A stretch of 19,557 nt of DNA, from IMG/VR virus record IMGVR_UViG_2529293142_000017, positions 1 through 19,557 of that record; one strand, given 5' to 3'. Origin of the DNA: a virus (lineage: Duplodnaviria; Heunggongvirae; Uroviricota; Caudoviricetes). Position numbers and translations under genes: made by a program. The notes below the pieces were generated by a model. The model made no database searches. It was not told the DNA's origin and worked only from the letters and a program-made list of their open reading frames with translations. Numbering within the stretch: position 1 is the first letter of the stretch; every line of letters starts with the position of its first letter. This document shows positions 1-7,884 of this stretch, piece after piece.

Positions 1-501
1 TCATTCCAGACGCAGCGAATATGATTGTGTTTTTAACCGTACTGGCGGCAGTTCCTGTTTTTCATGCAGGCGTTCTGCCAGTTCGTCCGGCGTGACCGGG
101 CGGACAATGAAGCGGGTGATGGTCTGAAGCGTTTTAAACACCAGACCACAGCCCGGATCCGTGCACACATAAAAACGCTCGGTGACTTCCTGAGACAGAC
201 GCCGCGATGTTCTTGACAGCGCAAGGCCTTTACATCTCCGACAACAATATCCGGTAACAAGCATTCTTTTCGGGCGTTTCATACTGCCGGAGGCTGACGT
301 CAGTGAATCGCGGTATCTCTGTTTGCCTGAAATGTATTCCATTCCTGAATCTTTACTGTCAGAGAAAAAGCTTTCACTCGCTTCAAATGTCGCAGAGCAA
401 TAAATATTCCGGCACTGTGCAATCATTATCTTGGTGCCATCGTCCATGAAATGTGCGCGGCGGGTGTGAGCAACATGTCCACACGACGGGCAGTAAATCA
501 T
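1..501 (-). CDS. delta: Ogr/Delta-family zinc-finger late-gene transcriptional activator (tandem two-domain P4 Delta type)
   Basis: 166-aa ORF with stop at 1-3. Two Cys4 modules (CPSCGH...CRNIYC and CCRRC...CTDPGC), the duplicated Ogr arrangement of satellite P4 Delta. Start overlaps the sid stop (ATGA) and the gene follows sid as in the P4 late operon. Confidence 0.88.
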   Translation of the reverse strand: MIYCPSCGHVAHTRRAHFMDDGTKIMIAQCRNIYCSATFEASESFFSDSKDSGMEYISGKQRYRDSLTSASGSMKRPKRMLVTGYCCRRCKGLALSRTSRRLSQEVTERFYVCTDPGCGLVFKTLQTITRFIVRPVTPDELAERLHEKQELPPVRLKTQSYSLRLE

Positions 502-1231
502 GACAGCAGTCCTCTGGCCTTAAGCTCTGCTCCCTGCTGGTCTATTTTGTCCTGCCACACCTTGCGCTGTGCCGGTGTGCCTGCCACCTCATAATCCATG
601 TGCGGGAGTGTTGCCGCTGACAGTCCGGTCAGCCGGAGAACCGGCTCACCGGTGAGGCTGATTTGCATCTGTTTTATTTTCTGTTCCAGCGATGATTTCA
701 CCTGCTGCATGACAGCCTTTTCCGGTGCGACGTAGCCCTGATGGCCGGTGGTGTTGGCGAGCGGATTTTCCTGTACCAGAATGCTCAGATGCATTGCCCG
801 GACAAGCGCCTCACAGGTTTCATTCAGGGCGTGTTCCAGCTCATGCTCTGCATACAGACTCAGCAGGTGATGATGTGCCTTCCGGTAGGCGGTGGCCGTG
901 CTGTCACACGCCCCTTTCAGGCGTTCACGTTCAAAATTCAGCACCACGGCCAGATTGTCATATTCCTGTACCAGCTCCCGGCGTGCCACGCGCTCAATGT
1001 GGCGCTGTTTCAGCTCGTCGCTCAGGACACCACCGGCTGCACGAAAGGCTGTGCGCCAGTCATCAGCGTCATTTCCGTCGGCCTGCGCCAGCGCATTTTT
1101 TCCTGCTCTGCCCGTTCAATGGCCTTGACGGTCTCATCCATCAGTCGGGCGTTCTCAAGGTGGGCGGCTCTGGCCTTTTCCAGTTGTGCCAGTGCGGGTT
1201 GCAGATATTCAGGGATGGTGTTGTCAGACAT
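498..1231 (-). pseudogene. sid: sid-like capsid size-determination gene interrupted by a single-base frameshift in a homopolymer
   Basis: N-terminal reading frame starts at ATG 1231 (MSDNTIPEYLQPALAQLEKARAAHLENARLMDET...) behind a GAGGAG RBS and stops at 1022. The C-terminal frame (498-989 in the ORF track, ...ARRELVQEYDNLAVVLNFERERLKG...) stays open upstream to the same point. The two frames meet at a T6 run (1096-1101); one extra base would give one continuous 244-aa ORF. Confidence 0.8.
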
Positions 1232-1265
1232 TTTCCGGCTCCTCGTCACTTCAGGTTAAGAAAAT

Positions 1266-1321
1266 TGTGACGTACACCGGACAACAACACGACGCATTGC
1301 AGATGTGCCAGTCCTGACACA
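1266..1321 (-). promoter_or_regulatory. Candidate Delta/Ogr-responsive late promoter for sid, with two TGT-N12-ACA dyads
   Basis: TGT-N12-ACA at 1304-1321 and again at 1266-1283. With transcription leftward into sid, the dyad centres sit about 55 and 18 bp upstream of a start near 1257, ahead of the GAGGAG RBS. P2/P4 late promoters are known to carry this dyad near -55. Confidence 0.45.
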
Positions 1322-1400
1322 GGAGACTCATCCTCAGACCGGCAAGCCAGGAAAAGGTCGCAGGAAAAACCGGCTTACTGTTTGTTTTTTTATATTTTAC

Positions 1401-1513
1401 TGTTCACCTCTGTTCACCATAAGAAAAAAGATAAGTAATACAGTAAGTTAAAGGGTGAACAATCGCAGTAATGACTGTTCACCGTCTGTTCACCACTGTT
1501 CACCCGTTCATGG
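1401..1513. repeat. Cluster of 6-7 TGTTCACC iterons (alpha-protein-type origin iterons)
   Basis: TGTTCACC at 1401, 1411, 1477, 1487 and 1497, inverted GGTGAACA at 1454, degenerate GTTCATGG at 1506, followed by an AT-rich stretch (1515-1600). Same octamer as in the repeats downstream of alpha, about 4.8 kb away. Confidence 0.65.
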
Positions 1514-1662
1514 ACTTTTTGTGCTGTTTATTACTTTTTATTTTTATTAATTAACTGAAATAAATAAGAAAAAACAATTTGTATTTCACTATAATTTTTT
1601 CCAGCTCCTTCCAGAGCGTTTTAAAGCTATCTGGCGCTGATGTGCAAAAAACACACAGCCAT

Positions 1663-1680
1663 TGTAAGGCTGCCGGAACA
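1663..1680 (+). promoter_or_regulatory. Candidate rightward Delta/Ogr-type late promoter dyad upstream of vis
   Basis: TGT-N12-ACA (TGTAAGGCTGCCGGAACA) centred about 110 bp upstream of the vis start codon, divergent from the sid promoter dyads. Confidence 0.35.
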
Positions 1681-1782
1681 AATCCCCCCTGTTGCGTCTG
1701 CCAAAAATATTCACAAAATAAAGCGCTACCCGAAGCCGGACGGACTTATCCGGTGCTGTATGGACATTAACGAGGTAGCCCG

Positions 1783-2049
1783 ATGCAAGCTGTTTTTTCT
1801 TCCCCGTCTCCTGCCCCTGTGACGCCACTGATGCCGCTGCCGGACATCACGCAGGAGCGTTTTTTACGTCTGCCGGAAGTGATGCACCTGTGCGGCCTGT
1901 CACGCTCGACCATCTATGAACTCATCCGTAAGGGGGAATTTCCGCCGCAGGTGAGTCTTGGCGGTAAAAATGTGGCCTGGCTGCACTCTGAAATCACCGC
2001 ATGGATGGCCGGGCGCATTGCCGGACGCAAACGGGGGTACGACGCATGA
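1783..2049 (+). CDS. vis: AlpA/Vis-family helix-turn-helix regulator (88 aa)
   Basis: GAGG RBS 7 nt before ATG 1783. The [28 protein letters not shown] segment is the AlpA/Vis-type HTH. Size and position (first gene rightward of the divergent late promoters) match P4 vis. Confidence 0.8.
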   Translation: MQAVFSSPSPAPVTPLMPLPDITQERFLRLPEVMHLCGLSRSTIYELIRKGEFPPQVSLGGKNVAWLHSEITAWMAGRIAGRKRGYDA

Positions 2050-2084
2050 TGATGCCCGCTCTGCAAAAAGTCCCTTTTTCTGGC

Positions 2085-2114
2085 TTGCCTTTTTCCGGCA
2101 TTTGCGGATATAGT
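2085..2114 (+). promoter_or_regulatory. Candidate sigma70 promoter (TTGCCT-N17/18-TATAGT) at the head of a structured leader
   Basis: Hexamers at 2085-2090 and 2108-2114, immediately followed by a perfect 7-bp hairpin (2121-2140). Position corresponds to the early leftward promoter and immunity region of P4-type elements. Confidence 0.3.
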
Positions 2115-2177
2115 TTTTCTGCTGCCGCAAAATCGGCAGCCGGGCGTGGAAACCCGAGCAATTCACAGGCGACATAT

Positions 2178-2199
2178 GACGCGCCATGCGTCTTTTTTT
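2178..2199 (+). terminator. Small intrinsic-terminator-like hairpin within the leader
   Basis: GACGC-GCCAT-GCGTC stem-loop followed by T7 (2193-2199), about 70 nt downstream of the candidate promoter. Confidence 0.35.
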
Positions 2200-2447
2200 G
2201 TGTCGCAATCAACGCCACAGAGCGCCAGATTATGGTGTGGTGTGTGGTCAGTCGTGCAGATGGCATTCCGTGCATCCTGCCCGCGTCCGCTCATTATGCC
2301 GCAGAGTCAATGGTAGCTCAGGCGGGGCAGCCTCCGGGCTGGCCGGTATCCTGTGAAGCCGGTATTTCCACCCCCGTCTGGGCTATCGCCATCGAGCGTG
2401 GAAACTCCGGCGATAGCGTTATTTGCTATTCACAGGAGGCTGCCATC

Positions 2448-2645
2448 ATGGCTACAACCCTTACCCCCTCACACCCTGAATTTGTCTTTGTGTTTGCGGC
2501 TGTCCGTCGCGCAGACCGTCATCCCCGTATCTGCATGCTTCGCACCGTCGCCGGTGATGAACGCAGTGCCCGCCGTTCCCTTGTCCGTGACTATGTGCTC
2601 TCCCTTGCTGCCCGTCTGCCGGTGGTGGAGGTGTCCCGTGCGTAA
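2448..2645 (+). CDS. Hypothetical small protein (65 aa)
   Basis: AGGAGG RBS (2434-2439) 8 nt before ATG 2448. Its stop overlaps the GTG start of the next gene, consistent with translational coupling. It is the 3' part of the long 2001-2645 open frame. Confidence 0.4.
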   Translation: MATTLTPSHPEFVFVFAAVRRADRHPRICMLRTVAGDERSARRSLVRDYVLSLAARLPVVEVSRA

Positions 2646-2925
2646 TAAAAAAGCCCCTCAGACCGTCTCAGCGCGTCATGACGCCCGTGAACACCTCAGC
2701 ATTGAGGCTTACCATAAGCTCAACCGCGCCAGCGCCGTATCCCAGTTTGTTGGGGGTGATTTGATTCACCGTGAACTCTCCGGCCTGCATCAGCTCTACA
2801 TTCCGCATATTTTCAGCTACCTGAATGAAGATATTGATTTTGTGCTGAATGAGCTGAAAGCCAAAGGCCTGTGCCGCGATTTTCTCGCCCAGCAGAAAGA
2901 CCGGGGAGACAGGACGCATGTTTGA
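2638..2925 (+). CDS. Hypothetical small protein (95 aa); candidate epsilon-like derepression protein by position and size only
   Basis: GGAGG RBS (2626-2630) 7 nt before GTG 2638. Lies in the same operon ahead of alpha. No motif recognised. Confidence 0.5.
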   Translation: MRNKKAPQTVSARHDAREHLSIEAYHKLNRASAVSQFVGGDLIHRELSGLHQLYIPHIFSYLNEDIDFVLNELKAKGLCRDFLAQQKDRGDRTHV

Positions 2926-3331
2926 TTTTCCCCAGCCCGGTGAGATTTACCGTTCTGCCGGTTTTCCCGATGTGGCCGTGGTCGGCATTCTGGAAGACGG
3001 TATTCCGTGGGAAATGCCGTACCGCTGCCCGGACATTGTCTGGAACCCGTACCGCCGTAAATTCAGTATCCTTGTGCGTATCCTCGCTGACGGGCGCACC
3101 ACAGACATCCCGCTGGGGCGTTTTCTGCGGGAATTTACCTGTGACCGTCCTGACCTGTTTAAACGCAGCCCCGTAAACCGGCATGCGGTACTGAAAGAAA
3201 TGGCCGGAGACCCGGAATTACAGAAATGGCGGGAGAAATATCTGGATATTTACCCGCAGGCCCCCTGTTCCGGTCAGCCGGGCGGCACCGGTGGCGCGGG
3301 AATGGCGGGAAATTCCCCGCACGGAGCCTGA
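2918..3331 (+). CDS. Hypothetical protein (137 aa), P4-type left-operon gene
   Basis: GGGGAG RBS about 9 nt before ATG 2918. Start overlaps the previous stop. Codon usage matches the neighbouring GC-rich genes. Confidence 0.55.
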
Positions 3332-3510
3332 CCCGGAAATCACCCCGGATAACAGTTACCGCAATTATCTGTAAATTAAAAAACGACCCCCGAAAAATTA
3401 AATGTGCGTATTCGCGCAGGGATACGCACGTCTTCAGGAGACGCAGATATGCCTTATCAGTTAATGCAACCGGCACGGAATGCAGTCATCTGTCACAGGG
3501 AGGAAAACAA

Positions 3511-3831
3511 ATGAAAACACCCTTACCGCCCGTCTTACGCGCTGCCCTTTACCGTCGCGCTGTCGCCTGTGCCTGGCTGACCGTGTGCGAACGTCAGCAC
3601 CGCTACCCGCATCTCACCCTTGAGTCACTGGAGGCGGCCATCGCCGCTGAGCTGGAAGGCTTTTATCTGCGCCAGCACGGTGAGGAAAAAGGGCGTCAGA
3701 TAGCCTGTGCCCTGCTGGAAGATTTAATGGAATCCGGCCCCCTGAAGGCCGCGCCGTCGCTGTCCTTTCTCGGGCTGGTTGTGATGGATGAACTCTGTGC
3801 CCGTCACATAAAAGCGCCGGTACTGCACTGA
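3511..3831 (+). CDS. Hypothetical protein (106 aa) immediately upstream of alpha
   Basis: AGGGAGG RBS (3497-3503) 7 nt before ATG 3511. Stop lies 14 nt before the alpha start. It is the in-frame 3' part of the 3226-3831 ORF. Confidence 0.6.
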
Positions 3832-3845
3832 AGGAGAACAACACC

Positions 3846-6179
3846 ATGAAAATGAACGTAACCGCCACCGTCAGCCATGCACTCGGCCACTGGCCGCGTA
3901 TCCTCCCGGCGCTGGGGATTCAGGTGCTGAAGAACCGTCATCAGCCCTGTCCGGTCTGTGGCGGGAGTGACCGCTTCCGTTTGGATGACAGGGAGGGGCG
4001 CGGCACCTGGTACTGCAATCAGTGTGGTGCCGGTGACGGCCTGAAACTGGTTGAAAAGGTGTTTGGTGTTTCCCCGTCCGATGCGGCCGCAAAGGTGGCT
4101 GCCGTGACCGGCAGCCTGCCCCCGGCTGACCCGGCAGTGACGGCTGCCGCCGGTGCTGAAACAGACGCTGCCCGGAAGAACGCCGCCGCACTGGCACAAA
4201 CCCTGATGGCGAAAACCCGTCCCGGAACCGGTAACGCCTACCTGACCCGCAAGGGCTTTCCCGGCCGGGAATGCCGGATGCTGACCGGCACACACAGAGC
4301 CGGTGGCGTGAGCTGGCGTGCCGGTGACCTTGTGGTGCCACTGTATGACGACAGCGGCGAACTGGTTAACCTTCAGTTAATCAGTGCTGACGGCCGTAAG
4401 CGCACCCTGAAAGGCGGACAGGTCAGGGGCACCTGTCACACCCTTGAAGGACAGAATCAGGCCGGAAAACGTCTGTGGATAGCGGAGGGATACGCGACCG
4501 CACTTACCGTGCATCACCTGACCGGTGAAACGGTGGTGGTGGCGCTTTCTTCCGTGAATCTCCTTTCTCTGGCCAGCCTTGCCCGGCAGAAGCATCCGGC
4601 CTGTCAGATTGTCCTTGCTGCTGACCGTGACCTCAGCGGTGACGGCCAGAAAAAAGCCGCCGCAGCCGCAGATGCGTGTGAAGGTGTTGTTGCCCTGCCG
4701 CCGGTCTTCGGTGACTGGAATGATGCCTTCACGCAGTACGGCGGGGAAGCCACCCGTAAGGCCATTTATGATGCCATCCGGCCACCGGCTGAAAGCCCGT
4801 TCGACACCATGAGCGAAGCGGAGTTTTCCGCCATGAGTACCAGCGAAAAGGCCATGCGTATCTATGAGCATTACGGCGAGGCGCTCGCGGTCGATGCCAA
4901 CGGCCAGCTTCTGTCCCGCTATGAAAATGGTGTCTGGAAGGTGCTGCCGCCACAGGACTTTGCCCGGGATGTGGCCGGGCTGTTTCAGCGTCTGCGCGCG
5001 CCGTTCTCCTCCGGGAAGGTGGCCTCCGTGGTGGACACCCTGAAGCTGATTATTCCGCAGCAGGAAGCCCCCTCCCGCCGCCTGATTGGCTTTCGTAACG
5101 GCGTGCTCGACACGCAGAACGGCACGTTCCACCCGCACAGTCCGTCACACTGGATGCGCACCCTGTGTGATGTGGATTTCACCCCGCCAGTGGAAGGGGA
5201 AACGCTGGAAACCCACGCCCCCGCGTTCTGGCGCTGGCTTGACCGTGCCGCCGGTGGCCGTGCGGAAAAACGCGACGTGATTCTGGCCGCACTGTTTATG
5301 GTGCTGGCAAACCGCTACGACTGGCAGCTCTTTCTGGAGGTGACCGGTCCCGGCGGCAGCGGCAAAAGTATCATGGCCGAAATAGCCACCCTGCTGGCCG
5401 GGGAGGATAACGCCACATCGGCCACCATTGAGACGCTGGAATCCCCGCGTGAACGTGCCGCGTTAACTGGCTTCTCACTGATACGCCTGCCGGACCAGGA
5501 AAAATGGAGCGGCGACGGTGCCGGACTCAAGGCCATCACCGGCGGCGATGCGGTGTCCGTTGACCCGAAATACCGGGATGCGTACTCCACGCACATCCCG
5601 GCGGTGATTCTGGCCGTGAACAATAACCCGATGCGCTTCACCGACCGCAGCGGCGGCGTGTCACGCCGGCGGGTGATTATTCACTTCCCTGAACAGATAG
5701 CCCCGCAGGAGCGCGACCCGCAGCTTAAGGACAAAATCACCCGCGAGCTGGCGGTCATCGTGCGTCACCTGATGCAGAAATTCAGCGACCCGATGCTCGC
5801 CCGGTCACTGCTTCAGTCCCAGCAAAACTCAGACGAGGCGCTGAACATCAAACGGGATGCCGACCCGACGTTTGATTTTATCGGCTATCTGGAAACCCTG
5901 CCGCAGACCAGCGGCATGTATATGGGGAACGCCAGTATCATCCCGCGCAATTACCGTAAATACCTCTATCACGCCTATCTGGCCTACATGGAGGCAAACG
6001 GCTACCGGAATGTACTCAGTCTGAAAATGTTCGGGCTGGGGCTGCCGGTGATGCTGAAGGAATACGGACTGAATTACGAGAAGCGCCATACCAAACAGGG
6101 GATACAGACCAACCTGACGCTGAAAGAGGAAAGCTACGGCGACTGGCTGCCAAAATGTGACGACCCTGCAACAATCTGA
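3846..6179 (+). CDS. alpha: P4 alpha-type multifunctional replication protein (zinc-binding primase, TOPRIM, P-loop helicase, C-terminal origin-binding region)
   Basis: 777-aa ORF with AAGGAG RBS. N-terminal CPVCGG...CNQCG zinc motif, EGYATALTVH (TOPRIM-like) and Walker A VTGPGGSGKS. Same length as P4 alpha, and flanked downstream by iteron repeats. Confidence 0.95.
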   Translation: MKMNVTATVSHALGHWPRILPALGIQVLKNRHQPCPVCGGSDRFRLDDREGRGTWYCNQCGAGDGLKLVEKVFGVSPSDAAAKVAAVTGSLPPADPAVTAAAGAETDAARKNAAALAQTLMAKTRPGTGNAYLTRKGFPGRECRMLTGTHRAGGVSWRAGDLVVPLYDDSGELVNLQLISADGRKRTLKGGQVRGTCHTLEGQNQAGKRLWIAEGYATALTVHHLTGETVVVALSSVNLLSLASLARQKHPACQIVLAADRDLSGDGQKKAAAAADACEGVVALPPVFGDWNDAFTQYGGEATRKAIYDAIRPPAESPFDTMSEAEFSAMSTSEKAMRIYEHYGEALAVDANGQLLSRYENGVWKVLPPQDFARDVAGLFQRLRAPFSSGKVASVVDTLKLIIPQQEAPSRRLIGFRNGVLDTQNGTFHPHSPSHWMRTLCDVDFTPPVEGETLETHAPAFWRWLDRAAGGRAEKRDVILAALFMVLANRYDWQLFLEVTGPGGSGKSIMAEIATLLAGEDNATSATIETLESPRERAALTGFSLIRLPDQEKWSGDGAGLKAITGGDAVSVDPKYRDAYSTHIPAVILAVNNNPMRFTDRSGGVSRRRVIIHFPEQIAPQERDPQLKDKITRELAVIVRHLMQKFSDPMLARSLLQSQQNSDEALNIKRDADPTFDFIGYLETLPQTSGMYMGNASIIPRNYRKYLYHAYLAYMEANGYRNVLSLKMFGLGLPVMLKEYGLNYEKRHTKQGIQTNLTLKEESYGDWLPKCDDPATI

Positions 6180-6195
6180 CCCTCATGACTCATCT

Positions 6196-6219
6196 GACCG
6201 GCATCTGCCGGTCTTTTTT
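6196..6219 (+). terminator. Rho-independent terminator after alpha
   Basis: GACCGG-CATCTG-CCGGTC hairpin followed by T6, 17 nt after the alpha stop. Confidence 0.6.
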
Positions 6220-6238
6220 ATCCCTGAATTCCCCGAAG

Positions 6239-6536
6239 GTGAACAATCCACTGTTCACCCTTCACCGTGTATTCACCCGTTATCACACTGAAATTAAAAG
6301 AGAAAAACGAAAGGTGAACAGTGTGAACAATCAAATCAAAAAAAACTTTTTTTTCTCCCTGTGTGATTTCAGTACGGGGGATTAATCACCGGTATGAGTC
6401 ACACCGGCAGAATGCCGGAGGTGAAGAATCGAATGTTCACCCTTCACCCATTATTCACCACCTATCATACTGAAATAAAAGGAGAAAAAGAAAGGTGAAC
6501 AGTGTGAACAGTTCTTCCGAAAAAAATTTTTTCTTA
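6239..6536. repeat. Two ~120-bp direct repeats, each with several TGTTCACC/GGTGAACA iterons (crr-like cis replication region)
   Basis: Copy A is about 6239-6358 and copy B about 6420-6536, roughly 60 bp apart and about 85 percent identical by eye. Each holds GGTGAACA, TGTTCACC, TTCACC and TATTCACC variants plus GGTGAACAGTGTGAACA, and each ends in an A-run/T-run tract (A8-C-T8 and A7-T6). Confidence 0.7.
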
Positions 6537-6651
6537 CTTTTAATTGTGTAAAAAACAGGCGATGCGCGCAGTGTGTATAGATATGTGTATAGTTATATTT
6601 TTTGAATATAATAATATCTTATAAATCAATGCTTTAACTTGCAATATTCAT

Positions 6652-6669
6652 TCCTATTATCGGCACCAT
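6652..6669 (+). repeat. Attachment-site core copy (left): 18 bp identical to 19004-19021, with the form of a tRNA 3' end
   Basis: TCCTATTATCGGCACCAT reads as T-stem 3' half, acceptor 3' half, discriminator A and CCA. No D arm or anticodon arm lies upstream, so it is a partial tRNA copy. It sits about 115 bp after the crr-like repeats. Confidence 0.7.
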
Positions 6670-7274
6670 CAAGAAAATCAATAACTTAGCTTAACTTCTC
6701 TAAGAAATTGTATCTTCTGTTATCACTTACAAACGCCTATACGTTGTTATGGGCTTTGGTAGTGTAACACGTATGGGCGAGTAGTTCCCAAGCTCAACCT
6801 CGTAACAAGTTCCTTTGAAGCTGGAAGACGTGCCACCGTCTCTAAACCTTCTACCAAAACTCTTAGCAAGATGTTCCACACCTGGCGCGGTGTCCAATGA
6901 TGCTACACGTCGTGAGACGTTGCAGAGGATAAACAGGCTAAATGATGGGAAGAGTTTTAAGTGCAATAGTGGATTAAAGCCCACCTCTTCAAAACCTAAC
7001 TTGATCGGGAAAGAATCAAGCTCTAGCACGGTTTCGTCCACCGGAGTACAACGGGTGCCTGATAAGAGAAGAACTGCTAAGACTTCATAGCTTTTGTGAA
7101 AAAGCCCTTTTTAGTGGATACGCCTACGGCGCTTATTTTTTGGTATAACCATCAAAGGCGCTTTATGGCTTCTATTGTCTTGAAAATGTATCTTTACTTG
7201 TATTGTGTTTTATGCGTAGTCTCCCTGTGTAGTATGTAACTTGTTAATTTTCATATGAATACAGAGGCAACACG

Positions 7275-7433
7275 ATGAAAAACATTGCAGCTATAAAACG
7301 TAATAACCGCAAGATTCACGCTCGTAAGTTCCTGTCTACGCCAGAAGGAAAAGCCTGGTTAGAGCGTAAACAGAGAGAGAACGAAGAAAGAAAACTCCTT
7401 AGTGAGTTGAAATGGCTTAGAGAGGATTTCTGA
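7275..7433 (+). CDS. Possible small basic protein (52 aa), not in the supplied ORF track
   Basis: AGAGG 7 nt before ATG 7275. Encodes MKNIAAIKRNNRKIHARKFLSTPEGKAWLERKQRENEERKLLSELKWLREDF, a charged helical peptide. Too short for compositional support. Confidence 0.3.
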   Translation: MKNIAAIKRNNRKIHARKFLSTPEGKAWLERKQRENEERKLLSELKWLREDF

Positions 7434-7700
7434 AAATCTCCAGAACGCAACAGGACGCATTCTAACGCTGTTTTCATTGCTTGATATAGGGATGTATAGG
7501 TGGTGTGTGTTTAATGCGTCTGTGAGCTTGTTTTGTGCCTTATTTTGCATTTTCATAATGCAGAAGAGAACACGGAAAGCCTTAAAATTAATTATTTGGG
7601 TATTTAAGGCTATTTTCAGGTTATTTAAGGGTATTAAACTTGATTTAATTGGTTGAAATATAAACAGATAGTTCTGTATCTTATTGATTTATAAGGTTAT

Positions 7701-7780
7701 TTTTAAATAAAGGTAAATAAAAAATAAATAGCCATAAATAGCTATAAATACATCTAAATACCTATAAATCCCTTTGAATA
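7701..7780. repeat. Eight tandem 10-bp units ending in ATAAATA (helically phased A/T repeat)
   Basis: ttttaaataa, aggtaaataa, aaaataaata, gccataaata, gctataaata, catctaaata, cctataaatc, cctttgaata. The exact 10-bp period predicts intrinsically bent DNA. Confidence 0.6.
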
Positions 7781-7884
7781 CATATGAAGCCCTTCCCTTA
7801 TGGCTAGATTGCGAGAGGTGCTTAACGCGATTTTCAGCGCCCCCCGATCTGGAAAATCCAGAATCCCCAAATATCAAGGAGGCA

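Noticed and set aside
725-1270. Plus-strand ORFs 725-1270, 741-1259 and 892-1128 (181, 172 and 78 aa)
   Set aside because: They are antisense to sid in GC-rich DNA, have no RBS and have Arg/Pro/Cys-rich low-complexity translations typical of the wrong strand.
1579-1828. ORFs 1579-1770, 1640-1822 (plus) and 1589-1828 (minus)
   Set aside because: They fall in the AT-rich promoter region between the iterons and vis, with no RBS and overlap with the predicted late promoter.
2001-2645. 214-aa ORF as one protein
   Set aside because: There is no RBS at its start, it overlaps the end of vis, and its 5' two-thirds coincide with promoter, hairpin and terminator elements. Only the 3' part from ATG 2448, which has an AGGAGG RBS, is kept as a possible gene.
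3804-5641. Minus-strand ORFs inside alpha (3804-4295, 3871-4341, 4377-5138, 4729-4953, 4985-5182, 5315-5641) and plus-strand out-of-frame ORFs 4579-4812 and 5086-5280
   Set aside because: They overlap the well-supported 777-aa alpha gene in other frames or strands, and are GC-rich artefacts with Arg/Gly/Pro-heavy translations.
6652-6669. A complete tRNA gene at either att copy
   Set aside because: Only the last ~17 nt of a tRNA (T-stem 3' half, acceptor 3' half, ACCA) are present. No D arm, anticodon arm or T-loop lies upstream of either copy.
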